NCBI RefSeq assembly: GCF_050717635.1
Contig: NZ_JBOITO010000039.1
Location: forward strand, 21,000-44,999
Origin: Clostridium sp.
GTDB lineage: Bacteria; Bacillota; Clostridia; Clostridiales; Clostridiaceae
DNA: 24,000 bases
Direction: 5' to 3'
The position numbers and the translations under genes were made by a program. The notes under the pieces were generated by a model. The model was not told the DNA's origin. It saw nothing but the letters and a program-made list of their open reading frames with translations, and did not search any database. Of the stretch, positions 22,908 to 24,000 are shown piece by piece. Numbering within the stretch: the first letter of the stretch is position 1; each line of letters starts with the position of its first letter.

Positions 22908-24000
22908 TTATCCCAGTATTTGTTTTAAATCCTCTTCTGGTGTGCTTATTGGTTTAACATCAAAAGTATCAACTAAGAATTGTAATACATTTGCGCTTAA
23001 GAACGCTGGTAGTGTTGGTCCAAGGTAAATTCCTTTTACTCCAAGTGAAAGTAATGCCAATAAATCAGCAACAGCCTTCTGTTCGTACCAAGTTAAAATT
23101 ATTGCAAGCGGTAGATCGTTAATACCACATTTAAATGCATCAGCAAGTGCCATAGCTATTTTAACAGCTGAATATGCATCGTTACATTGACCTATATCTA
23201 ATAATCTTGGAAGTCCTGCTACTTCGCCAAATTCTAATTTATTAAAACGATATTTTCCACAAGCTAAGGTAAGAATAATGCAATCCTTCGGAACTTGCTT
23301 TGCAAATTCAGTGTAGTAATTTCTTCCTGTTCTTGCACCATCACATCCGCCAATTAGGAAGAAGTGCCTAATTTTACCGTCTTTAACTGCATTCACTATT
23401 GTTTCTGCATGAGCCAAAGTTGCTTTGTGTCCAAATCCAACTAGAATTTCTTTAACTTCTTCATCTTTTTCGAATCCACCGAGTTCTAGCGCTTTGTTTA
23501 TTATTTCAGAGAAGTCCTTATGACCATTCTCATCCGCAGCTATATGCTTTACTCCATCCCAGCCAACAACACTTGTTGAAAAAATTCTATCTTTATAAGA
23601 ATCCCTTGGTTTCATTAAGCAGTTCGTTGTCATTAAAATGCAACCAGGTATACCATCAAATTCCTTTTGTTGATCTTGCCAAGCCCCTCCAAAATTACCT
23701 ACTAAATGTTTATATTTATTGAGCTTTGGATAGCCATGAGACGGTAACATTTCACCGTGGGTGTAAATATTTATTCCCTTGCCATCTGTTTGCTGGAGTA
23801 ACATTTCAAGATCCCTTAAATCATGACCAGAAATCACAATAAATGGTCCTTTTTTAATATTTACATTAACCTTTGTAGGTGTTGGAGAATTATATTTCTC
23901 ATTATTAGCTTTATCTAATACCTCCATAACCTTAACGCTCATATCTCCAGTTTTAATTAAGTACTTGATAAGATCTTGAAGGTTTAAACTATCATCAGTC
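22908..24000 (-). CDS. hcp: Hydroxylamine reductase / hybrid-cluster protein. This is the C-terminal part; the 5' end lies outside the window.
   Basis: IVISGHDLRDLEMLLQQTDGKGINIYTHGEMLPSHGYPKLNKY.HLVGNFGGAWQDQ and LMTTNCLM, GGCDGA and LTLACGKYRF are characteristic Hcp blocks. The frame stays open upstream of the Met at 23942 to the window edge (TDDSLNLQDLIKYLIKTGD). Confidence 0.9.
   Translation of the reverse strand, partial: TDDSLNLQDLIKYLIKTGDMSVKVMEVLDKANNEKYNSPTPTKVNVNIKKGPFIVISGHDLRDLEMLLQQTDGKGINIYTHGEMLPSHGYPKLNKYKHLVGNFGGAWQDQQKEFDGIPGCILMTTNCLMKPRDSYKDRIFSTSVVGWDGVKHIAADENGHKDFSEIINKALELGGFEKDEEVKEILVGFGHKATLAHAETIVNAVKDGKIRHFFLIGGCDGARTGRNYYTEFAKQVPKDCIILTLACGKYRFNKLEFGEVAGLPRLLDIGQCNDAYSAVKIAMALADAFKCGINDLPLAIILTWYEQKAVADLLALLSLGVKGIYLGPTLPAFLSANVLQFLVDTFDVKPISTPEEDLKQILG

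Noticed and set aside
1-24000. A search for CRISPR arrays, tRNA, rRNA or tmRNA genes, IS elements, integrases, terminal inverted repeats and long direct repeats.
   Set aside because: I found no regularly spaced repeats, no cloverleaf-like GC-rich segments, and no transposase- or integrase-like ORFs. The two gene remnants, BCCT and GGDEF, show no flanking mobile-element scars detectable by eye.

Overview
The window looks like a low-GC (about 30%) Firmicute chromosome, probably Clostridium. It is densely coded and mostly ordinary metabolism and transport. Left to right:

- (+) 3' end of a PTP-like phytase/phosphatase gene, overlapped by a GxGYxYP-family gene
- (-) RmlD-like SDR reductase
- (-) a 3' remnant of a BCCT transporter
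- (-) oligoendopeptidase F
- (+) Fsr-type MFS transporter
- (+) a bicistronic SNF2-family ATPase plus stand-alone SWIM zinc-finger pair
- (-) meso-diaminopimelate dehydrogenase
- (-) a six-gene ascorbate-type (Ula-like) PTS operon: PRD/EIIB/EIIA regulator, EIIA, EIIB, EIIC, UlaD-like, UlaG
- (+) a decayed Cache-GGDEF sensor gene
- (-) cupin
- (-) a TetR plus MMPL/RND exporter operon with a clear promoter and operator
- (-) 3' part of hcp, running off the right edge

I found no tRNA or rRNA genes, CRISPR array, IS element, integrase or recognisable phage or defence island. The best candidate for an uncharacterised system is the SNF2-SWIM pair. It is a recurrent module with no assigned function, but here it sits in core-looking context, so I rate it moderately. 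Smaller oddities:

- a GC-rich nested-palindrome spacer at 2027-2192
- an orphan promoter-terminator unit at 3096-3236, a possible sRNA
- two gene remnants
- track-predicted GTG starts that are really part of Shine-Dalgarno sequences

All functional calls rest on motifs and remembered family similarity read by eye. No database search was run.
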